Assembly: GCA_965649825.1 (NCBI GenBank)
Contig: OZ287698.1
Coordinates: 759,949 to 823,948 of the forward strand
Direction: 5' to 3'
From: Penicillus capitatus
Lineage: Eukaryota; Plantae; Chlorophyta
DNA: 64,000 bases
Shown: positions 1 through 12,300 of the stretch, piece by piece
Layout: each line of letters starts with the position of its first letter
How positions within the stretch are numbered: position 1 is the first letter of the stretch
Made by a program: the position numbers and the translations under genes
Notes under the pieces: generated by a model
Databases searched by the model: none
The model's input: the letters and a program-made list of their open reading frames with translations, nothing else
What the model was told of the DNA's origin: nothing

Positions 1-3000
1 TGTGTTGAAACTCTCCTTGTAACTTCATACGGCCCCTGCCAAAACGGATCGAATTTCTTATCCACTGCTTCAACAGTCTCGTGATAGAAAACCCATACTT
101 TCGATCCTACAGGGTAAAGAGATTCTTCTTTCTTCTGCTGTTCTGTCATCTTCCTTTTTGCTTCTTCGAAACTTTTCTGAATTTGCATGCGGGCGGTTCT
201 TGATTCCTCCTTCACTTCGCTCAGATCTTGTCCTTGTTGCCATACATCGTTGGGTGAGTATCGTGTGCCCTCGTGTGGCGTTTCGTTAATTGCTTCTACG
301 CCTTCCGACAACACAGTCGTCCAGTTGAGTCTCTTCCCATCGGAAACCCTCATCCGTCGGATCCGGTCGATCAATGTCTGGTTGAAACGTTCTCGCAGAC
401 CGTTCGATTTGTGCGAATGCGCCGGGGCCATGACGAGATCGGTGTTCATTTGTGCCAGAAATCTCCCGAATGCACTAGATCGGAAATATGAGGCTGCGTC
501 ACACATTAGTCGCTTGATAGGACCGAATTCCTTCACGAAATCAGCGAGACATTTCACGGCCGTGGCAGTGTTTGAACGGCAACACTTTCTCGCCACGCCA
601 AAACGACTCAGATGGTCCACGATAGTGAAGATATACCGGACATTGCCGGGGCCTCTTTCCAGTGGGCCAATAAAGTCACAACTCACGACGTCACGCACGT
701 CATTGATCCCTTCCATTCGTCCCGGGGCAGCCAGCTTCGGTCGCTTGAACTGCTGACAAGCGCGGCAATCCCTCACGTACTGGCGGATTTTCTTCCACTG
801 CACGTCACCTCCGATCTTCCTTATGCGCTGCTGTGTCTTTTGAACGGAGAAATGGCCGCGGTGGCCCCATTTCAGCAACTCGTCGTCCGACATCTCGGCT
901 GCTGACTTGGACTTCGCCGATGCCACTTGATTGTACAGCGAAACAAAAAGCTATGGGAGACGGCTGAGAAAAATCTGGCAAGATATTAGACTTGCCTGGA
1001 ATGAACCTGATCTCTGGGTTGTGCTCAAGGATGATGTCAAGTCTTCGCTTGACGAAGTCGCTCGTGTTGTCAGCATTCATGAGGCTGCAGACCGCAGAGT
1101 TGTCGGAGAGGATGGCGACTCTTTGCCAGAGGGTGTATGGCCGGAACTTCGTCAACCCCTTGACTATTGCTTCGACTTCCAAACGATTGGATTTCCAGTG
1201 TCTTTGCTCGGTTCTCCATGTCCCTGACGCGCAACAGATGATGCCACATCCTTTCTGCAGGAGCACCGCTTCCCATCCCACAGTCGACGCATCTACGCCG
1301 ATCATGAACTCCTTGTGTTCTCTGGGATGCATGATGGACGTTGCATGCTTCTCCAAGCATGCAAGGAACGCTTCCCAATCTGCTGGCGAGTTTGACTGCT
1401 GGGCCACATCGAGAGCGCTTACTGTCTTCTCGCCGTTCGCCACAAAACGCGCAAGCTGATTGAGCCAACCCTTGACTTGCCTCCATTCTTTGGTGGATGA
1501 TGGCGGCGATATGTGTCGAAGCTTCCCGAAGACCTCTGTCTCCGGCCTCCATCCATCGCCATTGAGCCTCATACCCAAAAAGGTAAACTCCTGCTGAAGA
1601 AAGACGCACTTCGATTTCTTGAGTCGCTATCCATAGTGCATCAGCTCGGAGAGTATTGTGGCCAGATCTCGAAGATGCTCCTCATGCGATTGAGACAATA
1701 GGAGCAAAATCATCTGCATACGAGATTAGCTGCGAAGAGATCCTTCCTCTGACTTTCGACAGCGTCTTGAAAAGTGCTCGTTGAAACTCGTAGCCTGAAT
1801 TGCAGTACCCGAACGGAAGGGTATTGTAACGGTAGAAACGCCCTCTGAGAGAGAAGCCTATCTCGATACCCTTTCCGAGTGGCACGTGATGGAATGCCTG
1901 GCAGATATCAAGCGACGATCCAACTGTGAATCTCTGTACGCCAGAAATGCAGTGCTCCCGGTTCTGTGCGATAAAATGTTCCTTCTGGATGTAGGCGTTG
2001 AACTTTCGAAAGTCCAGCACGGGCCTTCGCTCTTTGCCTTCCTTCTTAGGTACGGTGAAGATCGGCACGAGGTGCGGTTCTTCCGCGGTCTCAGAGATGA
2101 CCCCATCTCGGATCATCTGATCCACATGAGGCCATATGGCCGCTTCTTCTGCATGACTCAGAAAACGGATCTTCTGCTTTCAGAGGGTAACTCCCTTCCT
2201 AATTGGAAGTTTTTCGACGCAATAACCGCGGCAGCGGCCGGGACTGTTGCTAAAAACCTCATCGAATTCTTGTATGACATCGCCAATTTCGATCTGGATA
2301 TTTCTGCAAGGTATGGCCGACTTTTGCAGCTTGATCTTCATCCTTCCGACGTCCGGGACTGTCATCTCTTCCGCATCCGATAACACTGCGCACAGGTCCA
2401 TCTTTGGAGTCAGGGCCATCGGCTGATCCGATAGGTTCTCTACCACACCCCAAATCCTCACACCGTCGGTCTTTACGTGGAAGCGGATGTTTTTGCGGGT
2501 GCAGTCAAAAACCTGTTTGATCCCAGCTTGAAATTCTAGTTGCAGCTGTATTCCGCGAGTTTCGTTGGCTCTAAGTACCCAGTTTCTGTTTAATGGAAGG
2601 ACGATCATTCCGTTGCGCATGTACGGCCTCTATGGCAGATTCTCTGACAATTTTAGGCCCAGTGGATAGTCGGATGCTCCACCGAGCCTTGGCCGTTTTT
2701 GCCCATCCGCGCCGACGATGCGTAACTCCTGACACTGAACAGAAGGTCCCGTATCTCTGAGGAGGGTCTTCCTTGCGCAGTCGATCGTGAACTGATGTTC
2801 TTGGAGGAATGGGAATCCCAATATCAGGGCGGGACCTTTACCTCCGATGCAGAACGCTCTCACCTTGAAGCATTCGCCATTGATGGACAACATGAGTTCG
2901 ATGCTGCCCATCATACGCTCCACGACGCCGTTCGCGTAAACGACTTCTCGATCTGAGGTCTGTAGACGATCTTGTAATCCCAGGCTTTTCAGCACTCCGT

Positions 3001-4044
3001 GCTGCAGGAAACACGCGCTTGTGCCCGTATCGATGAGGGCGTCGATCTTTGTCCCCGAGATCCGCACGGGGATGTGCATGGACGGCTTCTTCGAGGGCAG
3101 TATCCGTCCGCACGTCAACAATGGTTCTTGGACGCCAATATCCATGACTACCCGGAGGCCTTCGCGATCACCATCGTTGCTTTCAATCTGGTTGGCCGTT
3201 TGCTTGGACTCGCGATATTTGTTCAAGAAACGGAGGGATTCCTGTCGGTAGCGTTCCTCACGCATCATCGTCTTCCACGCAACCATCACCGCATTCTTGC
3301 TGGCGCTCTCTTCAAAATTGAGCTGTCCATCTCTGAGAACCTGACTCCTCAGGCTCGATGCATTTTCGACTCGACACTCGTCCGTCGTCTGGGAGCTGTA
3401 GATGGAGTTGACATAGTCAACGTCTATGTAGTCATCGATGTCCTCCTTGCTGAAGGTATCCTCTGATGCCAGTCTCATCCAATCCAACCAGTTTCTCACT
3501 CTTGCTTCGAGCTTGTCCGGTCGGCGTTCGAAAACTTCGTTCCGCACATCTGTCTCTGGATCTCTTTGGGCAGCTTGCGGAATAAGATGTGAGTCGCTCG
3601 AGTCTCAGTAACCTTCGCCGACTTAGTGTAGTTGTCGGCGATTCGACGGAACCGTAAAACGAAGTCCAACAGGTTCTCCGTCTTTTCCTTCTTTAACCCT
3701 CGGAGCCGTTCCTCTGGCGAGAGAGTTGACTCAGCTGGAAGGAGGTTCTCAAGTTCCGCTACGATGGCTGCCCATCGTATACGAGAGTCGTCCCATCCAG
3801 CGAAAAACGCGTCCGTTTTTCCCGCGAAATAACGCGTCTTTACGTCGTTCAACTCCATTGTCTGAACTCGGGCGACGCTAGCGACTACTGCTTGGCCGCC
3901 GGGAGCATGCTTGTCGATGTGACTGAGTAACAACCAGATGCGTGCCTGCCCCGGGTTCTCACATGTCGTCACGAACGGGATGAGCCATTCTGACAGTTCT
4001 CTCGTCCACTTGCCGTAGGTCTTTTGCGCGAGCTCCGAAACCAT
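1..4044 (-). pseudogene. Disrupted gag-pol polyprotein of Gypsy copy 1
   Basis: ORF pieces 3496-4044, 2630-3547, 2180-2620, 1682-2125 and 805-1578. They are separated by in-frame stops (2630-2632, 2180-2182) and by 1-bp indels relative to copy 2 (near 3520 and near 1705). Confidence 0.88.
4032..4043 (-). promoter_or_regulatory. Primer-binding site of the Gypsy element (also 26084-26095 and 48136-48147)
   Basis: TGGTTTCGGAGC directly abuts the 5' LTR. It starts with TGG (complement of tRNA CCA) and matches 10/12 to the plant initiator-Met PBS TGGTATCAGAGC. Confidence 0.75.
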
Positions 4045-4142
4045 GTCGTCAACGAGGTACGAGGAAGATCAGGAGTTACAAAAATCGTACAAACGGAGAC
4101 ATCATTCCCATCTAAATATGTCTTTTTCGCAGTCAGATCACA
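4044..4142 (-). repeat. Gypsy 5' LTR (99 bp), copy 1
   Basis: TGTCGTC...GATCACA with TG..CA termini. The same 99-mer recurs at 16430, 26096, 38482 and 48148. Confidence 0.93.
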
Positions 4143-5309
4143 ACGCCGACCCGAGGACCAAGATATCATCCGCGTATGCTTCCACATGGACTCCTGGGAT
4201 ATCAATTAGGTCCAGGAGCGGGTTGATGCCAACGATGAAGAGTAAAGGTGAAAGCGGACTGCCTTGAGGGGTGCCAATCTGCAGGCGGTGCCTGGAGCTT
4301 TCGCCTCCAATCTCCAGGCAAGCTTCTTTGTTCTGGAAAAGCTCTGTACCCATCTTAGAAGATATGATGGGGCTCTTAATTGCTCCAATGAGTCCAGAAC
4401 TGCGCTGGGACGTAGGGAGTCGAAGGCTGCCTTAACATCAAGTGTGATCCCATATGTGACCATGTGATTTCCCAGACTGCGCTCTATAAAGTACACCGCC
4501 GATACCAGCGCTTCTGAGGTTCCTTGACCCACCCGGACTCCGAATTGTCTGTTGGACAGTCCCTGATGAGTCTCGACAAAGTGGACCAGCCTCTGTGCGA
4601 CGATCTGGTGGACTCCTTGGGCTATGGTTCCGAGAAGACTGATAGGGCGCAGAAGGGCCAGGGAGTTCCTTGAATTCGGCTTCTTTGGTACACAGACTAC
4701 TTGGGAACGTTGCCAGTTGCTCGGGAGAAAGCCCAATTGAAGGCTTCGGGTGGCGAGAGCCGCGAAGACCTCTGGGATTCTGCGGAACGCACGAGAGATG
4801 AGCGCCTTTGGCAAACCATCGGGGCCAGGGGCCGCGAAGGGTCTTCCTCCACTAAAGGATTTTCCGGCTTCCGCTACCGATACTGGCGGCGGGGGCTCTC
4901 CTATGTCGTAGTGTCTATTTTGTTCATACGCTTGGCTTGAGGGGAAGAATTTCCGGAACAGGCGGTCGCTGATCTCGTCTGGATCTTCTACCACCTCTCC
5001 ATCTCCGGTGGTGATGAATGCGATATTCTGGGCTTTGGATGGCTTGGTGATCCTCTTGTAAGTGGCCCAGAGATCCGACGTGCTTCCACTGTTTTCCACG
5101 AGGAATTCTCTCCAGGCGGCTCGCTTCCTGTTACGGATGACTGCTTGGAGGTTTTTCCGAGCTTCGGCGATGTCTTCCTGAAGACTCTCCGGGAGATGTC
5201 CATAAGACCTGCAGTACCTTTCCCCACGTCTCTTGGCCCGCTTCAGAGCTGTGTGCGCTTGCTGTGCGTCTTCGTTCCACCAGTGTTTCCTTCTGGATGA
5301 TGGACGGGC
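4143..5309 (-). mobile_element. LINE family B, 5' (RT N-terminal) portion; the 3' portion lies outside the window
   Basis: RT motifs APGPDG, LRPISLL, QFGVR, TLDVKAAFD, TPQGSPLSPLLF, AYADD. The 5' end is truncated at RKHWW and abuts the TSD TTTTGATTGGCATCTC at 5310-5325. Confidence 0.92.
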
Positions 5310-6396
5310 TTTTGATTGGCATCTCGTCTTTCCTGTGATAGCGTGAGAAGCCGATCAGATTCAGGAAACACGTTTATCGATGCGCGACAAGATTCCGCTG
5401 CAAAACGCGACTTGAGCGTCCTTCCATCTCTCTTGTCGTCGATATGAAGATTAATGATCATCATCACCTGCTTCTCTCCCACGTGACGATACATATTCCC
5501 GTCAAATCAGCGTGGTCGAGAAAAGCGTATCAAATCTGAGGCACACAGGCCGAGAATCGACTGCCACGTGTGTTCACGCTGCCCACGAATGCGGACGAAC
5601 TTGGGCGATACCCGTTGAAGAAACGGACAGTTCCGAGGCAGGGAGCACACAGCTTTGGTGCTTCAATTGGTTTTAGAGCAAACTTCATTGACAGTAGCGA
5701 TTGTATCGGCCTTCGGGTCGGCGAAGAGAGTTCGAATTTACCAGTTTCGCCTGCGCCTTAAGCGGACAAGTTTACCGACATGAAAAATCGACACGTGTCC
5801 CCAGTCACATCATTCCAATCAGTATGCTAGGTCATCTGATCCAACAGCAGATAGGTTCGTCCTCTTCCTTCACCCATCGTTCACGGGCTTGTTATCTTTG
5901 GATTTCTCATTCGGTGCCTTCTTGTTGTCTTTTCTGTCGAAGCCAAGAAAAACGGATCCAAATGGACGGAACCATCTTCCATGCGCCCTACTTTACGGAG
6001 ATGCCTGCGCCGCCTCCCGAGGTCGCCAGGAACGAGCGAAACAGCGGCGAATTCACGTCGTAAACCATAATTTCCTTTCGGCGCAAGTGTCAGCTTCCTT
6101 CGGTCTATGACAAATGTGACGGCAGAATCGGCGCGGAATGTCAATTGGGCTTAAATGCCGAGCAGTTATTGCATGAGCGAAAAGATCGATTTTCCTTTCG
6201 CGCGATGACCATCGGACACTGCTAGAGCATCATAGTGTCTGCGGTTATACTATTGACTCAACCCAAACGTGCCTTGAGCCCTACGGATTACGCGTCTGCA
6301 ACCTTTTCGTCGGCGACCTGTCACTTAAGCGCCACGTCTGCTTTACGTTTGAAACCGGTTTGGTCCTTTGCTGCGACAATGCAGCCAGTCGTCTCT

Positions 6397-9300
6397 ATGG
6401 CGCGGCGCTCTCCGTTGTGTCTGCTACTCGTTATCTGCATCTTCTTGCGCCAAGCCTCCTGTCAAAGTATGTATCCATCAACAGTGAAGTTTGTTGGGTG
6501 CAGTGACGCGTCACAGATGTTTGCGATTTATTCGTCCAGAATAATATTCTGACCGTCGACTCGCAGACGGTGGACGATATCGACGCAACGGATTCGTCAT
6601 TTCAAGACGTGGTCGAGTGCTTAAGCGCGGGCGCCATTATTCGATTCGCCACAGAGAGATTTTCGGTCGGTGAAACGATAAGAATCGATAAGGACATCTC
6701 GATTACATCGACCCATCGCAAAAGGACCTCCATAGCCTGCAACGAACAACCCGTTTTCGACATCAGGTCAACCCCTAGCCTGATACGCAGGGTAATAATT
6801 TCGTGTGTATGTAGGGGGAGAGCAACAGTTGATATCTCAGGGATTCGTATCAGAAAATGCGAACTGCAAAGCGCCGACGCTCCAATCATCATCGGTTCGG
6901 GATCGACTGTCAATCTTCGATCTATAGAGTTCTTTCGGAATACAAACGACGAAGGAACCAGTGGCATTCGGGCTCTGGACGAATCAAGCATCACTATTGA
7001 AGATTGTGAGTTCCTGGAGAATCAGGGAGCATCGGGGACAGTAGTCCTCGAGAATGCAAGTAGCCTCACTGTTTCTGGATCAGATTTCACGGGCAACAAA
7101 GCGACAAGCACGGAAAATGGGGGTGGCGTCTTCTCTATTCAGGTGTGTTCGTGCACGATGCCGGCTCTGTTGTGGATGTGCGATGTGCATGTAGAGTGAG
7201 GGGGTGTCGACGACAGTCGTTGTTAAGAATGCGAGCACATTCATCAGGAACGAGGCTGTCGGAGGAGACGGGGGCGTTTTTTATGTTTCTGGGGATGATG
7301 GCATTGCTTTCACCATCGAAGACACGGTACTCAGAGAGAACATGGCAGGAAGGCGCGGAGGCGCCGTTTTCATATCCGCAGGCGGCGATCTGATCGTCAG
7401 GGATGCATTCTTCGTCGAGAACGAATCGAATCGTATTGGTGGCGGCGCTATCTTTGCAAAGGTCCGTTCCCTCCATCATCTCATCCCTATTCAGTAAAGC
7501 GTATTCGGATGGCAGGATGCAGAAGGGAATGAGACGCTAGACATCAAGATTTCAAGCACGACTTTTGCCCAGAACGAGGCCAAAGGTTACCTTGGCTCCG
7601 GTGGTGGCATACGCCTTCAAGGGAAAAACGTCGACTGCGCAATCACCGATTCCGTCTCTTTTGCCCTCAACACAGCGGATCTCGACGGTGGAGGCATGCA
7701 TATCTCCAATCAAGCAACAGCAGACATCAATGGTTCTTCGTTCGTCGGCAACGAAGCTTTCAACGGCGGCGGTGCTGCCCTGTTCGTTCTGGTGGGGTAC
7801 TTTCTCTCAAGGAGTGTTTCATTGAGACCTTGCTGATGATGTGACAGTCATTACAACAGAACCGGGCGCTTACCATGGATGTCGTTATCACGAATACGGC
7901 ATTTCTGTTCAACCGAGCGTTGTATAGTGACCGAGGAGGGGGATGCATTGGTGTTGCTGGTTTTGGATCAAATGTGACAATTACTGACTGCATTCTCAGT
8001 GACAACGACGGTGGGAGGGGATCTGGAGGAGCAATCTATGTCTTTGGCGGCCCCGTCGTCAAAATCAAGGGATCCGCGTTCGAGAGGAACAAAGCCGAAT
8101 GGGGAGGGGCGTTGTATGCTGAGGTAGACAACTGCACATCCACCGTCTCATTGATTTGCATGTGCTCTAGAACGATGCCCTATACGAAATAGAATCGTCT
8201 GATTTCATAGAGAATTCGGCAGGAGAAGGAGGTGCCATGCACGTCCGAGGCGACGTGGATATCACCATGGACGGCTGCACATTCGAAAGCAACAAGGCAA
8301 TAACAGAAGGAGGCGCCATCAAAGTTCGAAACTTCATCTCAGCTGGAGACGAACTGGCGCGATTCCGAATGACGAACAGCATTGTCGTGGAGAACGGAGC
8401 TGGCACCAACTTGTTCGAAGACAGACTTTATGGAACGGAGACAGAGGGAGGGGCAATCTTGGCAGAAGGTAGTGGGATCGAACTGGAGTTGGAGAACAAC
8501 ACGTTCAAGCGGAATCTGGCCTCGAATGGAGGCGCTCTAAGCATCTATGCCGTTGCCGACTGCAACATTGACAATGGCAACAAGTAAGCATGGACTGAGA
8601 TGATGACAGATGCTGAGAGATGCCACAGGTTTGTGGACAACAAGGCAACCTTCGGCGGCGCCATTTTCTTGGTTGTCGACGAACAAGTCGATCCTATCAG
8701 GCGGAATGAGTACCGCGTTGCTGGTACCGTTTTCCGAAATAACAACGTCGAGTTCGAAGGAGGGAGCATCTATGTCTCAAGCACTCGGACAGAATCGAAT
8801 TCAGTATCATTGAATGCACGCAGTTTCCTTTTGCTCGTAGAGGGTAGTACTTTCACGAACAACACGTAAGCCATCCATTCATGCCACTGCTTCTACCGAA
8901 TACCGATCATGACAGGGCAAGACATGGTGGTGGTGCGTTGTCGATGGTCGGCTCAGCCGCCAAAGTCCACGGCTGCACATTCGAGTCAAACATAGCAGTG
9001 GCGAATTCAACCAGCCAGGCAACTCCGTTTCTTGGCTACGGTGGAGCCATAAATATCCAGACGGGTTCCTCAGTGGAGTGCAAGGGCTCAGAGTTTCTCT
9101 CGAACAGAGCAGACGTCGGCGGGGCAGTGCTCGTCCGAGATGGTTCGTTCGAAGGAGAGGCCGTGAACTTTACCAGGAATGCCGTTCAACCCAGAGGCGT
9201 TGGCGGCGCTGTGGCAGTAGAAATCTCCAGAGGAAAAGACATCCCAGTTCTCAACAGCGCTAATCGAATACGCAACATCGTCTTCCAATGTCAATTCTGC

Positions 9301-12300
9301 AATTTTAAAAAGAATAACGGTTCACTTGCTGGAGGTCTGTTCGATCATACCTACATCGATGTCTGATGATGGCTGTTTGGACATCTAGGTGCAATGCATG
9401 TCCATGATATGGATCCTGGTGGAACTTACGGAGAGGACAACGAGTTGAAGATTGATGGATGTACATTTGACAATCAGAATACATTCCGGACTCCAGAGAA
9501 CGAGCTGACCTGTCCTACTTACTTCCGTTTTTTAAGAAGAGTGAATGCTCGGTCCGTTCGCTTCAAAAACACGACCTTCACCGCAAACAGAGCACGAGCA
9601 GGCGGCGCCATCTTCACAAATAACTTCACGATGATCAGCATTCTTCCAGACCTGCAGAATGATGCAAACCCAGATGTAGACAACTCGCTGGGATACGCCT
9701 TGACAAAAAATGAATCTCAGCTCGGAAACTCATCCGTGTTTTTCGAGAAGAATGTCGCCGTCAATAATGGATTTGGCGATGACGCTGCATCAACGCCAAT
9801 CACAGCATTCCTTTTCAATTTGGATGACGAAGCGCACCAGAGAACTGAAGGCTTCACAAACAGCTCATTTCTCAGTGGTGATCGGCTTCGTTTCAACATC
9901 GAATTCAGAGATGGGATCGAACAGAATGTGACCTTTGCCGATAATCTCACAGCATACATCAGCTGCGACGATCGATTCACGAGTAAACAGTCAAACTGTG
10001 CGCAGCTGGAGATCTCTGGACAAGAGACTGCTCAGGCAAATGAAGATGGAACGATGAACTTCACTGCTGTTCGACTCCGAGGTTTGAGGGATCAGACATA
10101 TACCCTACGCATCGATTATCGCTCGACGTCTGAGATGCAGACACTACATGTGAATCCGTCCTTCATCAAAGTGACGATGAGGCCGTGCAAGATCGGCGAG
10201 AAGACAGTTAGTAAAGAGGGCGAAAGACTGGAATGCCGAGAATGCGGCCAAGGAGAATTTCAGTCATTTCCAAAGCGGGACTTCTGCTTGCCATGCGTGG
10301 AGTCTGAAAACCATACTATGTGTGACGGCCAGACAATCGTTCCACATGATGGTTACTGGCACGCATCATCATTTTCGTTCATTGCCCATAAGTGCATCGG
10401 GCACGAAGCCTGCAGATCGACTAGAAAGGGCAATCAAACTCGAGCAGAAAAGCTTCGAGCGAATGCTGTCAAAGAACACAAACTGGGAAAGGCTGTTCAG
10501 TACAGTTCGGATGACAGTAACCTGCAATGCAGAGAGGTTGGATACATCCCCATGTCTACTGTGCTATACCTTCGTTTGCCATGCAGGGATATCAAGGTGT
10601 TCTTTGTGGCAGATGCGTAAGTGACTATGGAAGAGAAGGAAACATCTGTCGAAAGTGTGCCTCTCCTGCGTTGCGTGCCTTTTTGATGGCCATGATAATC
10701 CTGTGGTCGTTTGTCTTTCTTTCATGCTTCATTAGATCTGTCTTACAGCTAGCCACCCGTATCAAATTCAACAAAAGGTTCAACGATGCAAGAAAAGGAA
10801 AAGAAAGTATGCCTGTTAAAATGCTTCTGACCAGCCCGATCCTGTCCGTGGAATACTAGGCTCAAGCGGTGGAGATCTAAACGCACAGATCGAGATGATG
10901 CATGTGGCCACGACGTCGACTCCCGAGATATCCGATTTGTCAGGAGGTGACATCCAGAATCGGGAAGTGGGTGAGATACATGAAACCCCTGCTCCGTCAA
11001 CAAGCGCGGCGGTGGAACCAAAAAGAATCACCATGGAGAGAGTGAAGAATCTGAGACCGAGTTCATTGGGACAGAATCAGGAAAATGCAGCAACGAGTGT
11101 GCCAACGAGACGAATCGGACGCAGGGGTCGACTGATCAAGGCACTCCATGTGCTTCTCGATCCCAATGCGTCCACGGATGATGTCGAGCCTCTGACTCTG
11201 GCAAACCCAGTGTCCGAAATCCTCAAGGCACGGCAACTCCCCTTCCCTCTTCCTCCGCTTCACCGCATCTGTATGTTATGACGTAGATTCTCGTCAACTT
11301 CCTTCAGGTGACGGCGGTAGCGGTCTCGATCAATGTCGACTGGGAGCAGTCTCTGAGAAGGACACTCTTCGCCATGGGTAAAAGCACATACAAAAGGAGC
11401 GTCTCTACTGCATTCTCTTGTCCGTCAGGTGCAATTGGCAATCTCTCCTCCGGCACTGGGTACTTGTCGCTCGATTGCTATCTGAGTGCGAACGGCATGC
11501 CAAAATCCCTTCGCCGACTGACCATCGCCATCCTCTATCCCCTCCTCATGCTCATCGTCTACGTGGTCCTGTGGGGATGCTATGCCTTCGTCCGACGAAG
11601 AGGCAAACAGTGAGTGCACAGTGCCTACACGTACTCTCTCAATCTCGCTCTTCTGATCTTAGGTACTTCAGTCAGCGGATCCTGTTGACCTTCTTGGCGA
11701 TCAACTATTTCTTCTACATCGGCATGACGAAGAGCCTGCTGCGATTCTTCGCCTGCACTCGGGTCTCGGATGACAGAGAGGACAGCGACTGGAGTCGGTA
11801 TGTATGGGAAGAGGATACAGAGGTTGAGTGCTACGAGGGCAAACACGCTTTGCTTGTTGGCCTGCTCGTCGTTCCCCTTCTCCTTGCCGTCTCTTTCGGA
11901 TATCCAGCTGGTGTCTTTACCATCTTGTGGCGCAGCAAGGATCGCCTGAACGACGAAGACTTCGTTCAGACATATGGTTTTCTTTACAAAGCCTATGACA
12001 GGCATTACTGGGAAGTCGTTATTATGGTCCGAAAAGCGGCCGTTGCGACTGTTGCTGTGTTTTCTTATCGCTTAGGATCGAATCTCCAAGGTCTGTTGTG
12101 CGTTCTAGTGATCGGCATTGCTCTGTCCGTACATCTGGTCTTGCAGCCATTCACTCAGGATATCCCACAACTCAATCACCTGGAGACATGTTCCCTCTCG
12201 GCCACAGTTGTCGTTTTCGTTGTCGGACTCATGATGAATGACAACGCAGTCGAACCTAGCGGCCGCGTACTTCTGAGCGCGCTTGCTGTTCTGTTTCTCT

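Larger units (their letters stand above)
1..4142 (-). mobile_element. Ty3/Gypsy LTR retrotransposon, copy 1 (3' end runs off the window; no LINE-A insertion)
   Basis: Minus-strand order gag-like (3496-4044), aspartic protease (ALIDTGTSACF), RT (RPVLDFR, SYADD), RNase H (IGVDAS, LEVEAIVKGL, ILSDNS), integrase. PR-RT-RH-IN order is the Ty3/Gypsy arrangement. 5' LTR at 4044-4142, followed by ACGC. Confidence 0.95.

Noticed and set aside
187-756. Plus-strand ORFs antisense to integrase, RT and the other genes
   Set aside because: These are shadow frames of real coding sequence with no independent motifs.
2180-2632. Non-standard genetic code (TAA/TAG = Gln) to explain the in-frame stops
   Set aside because: Host genes here end in TAA (TOP3B, FMO) and TAG (copy 3), and one of the two stops is TGA.
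5845-6144. Short minus-strand ORFs, including a Myb-like RWVKEEDE peptide
   Set aside because: The peptide is flanked by stops with no further Myb residues, and no spliceable gene model could be built.
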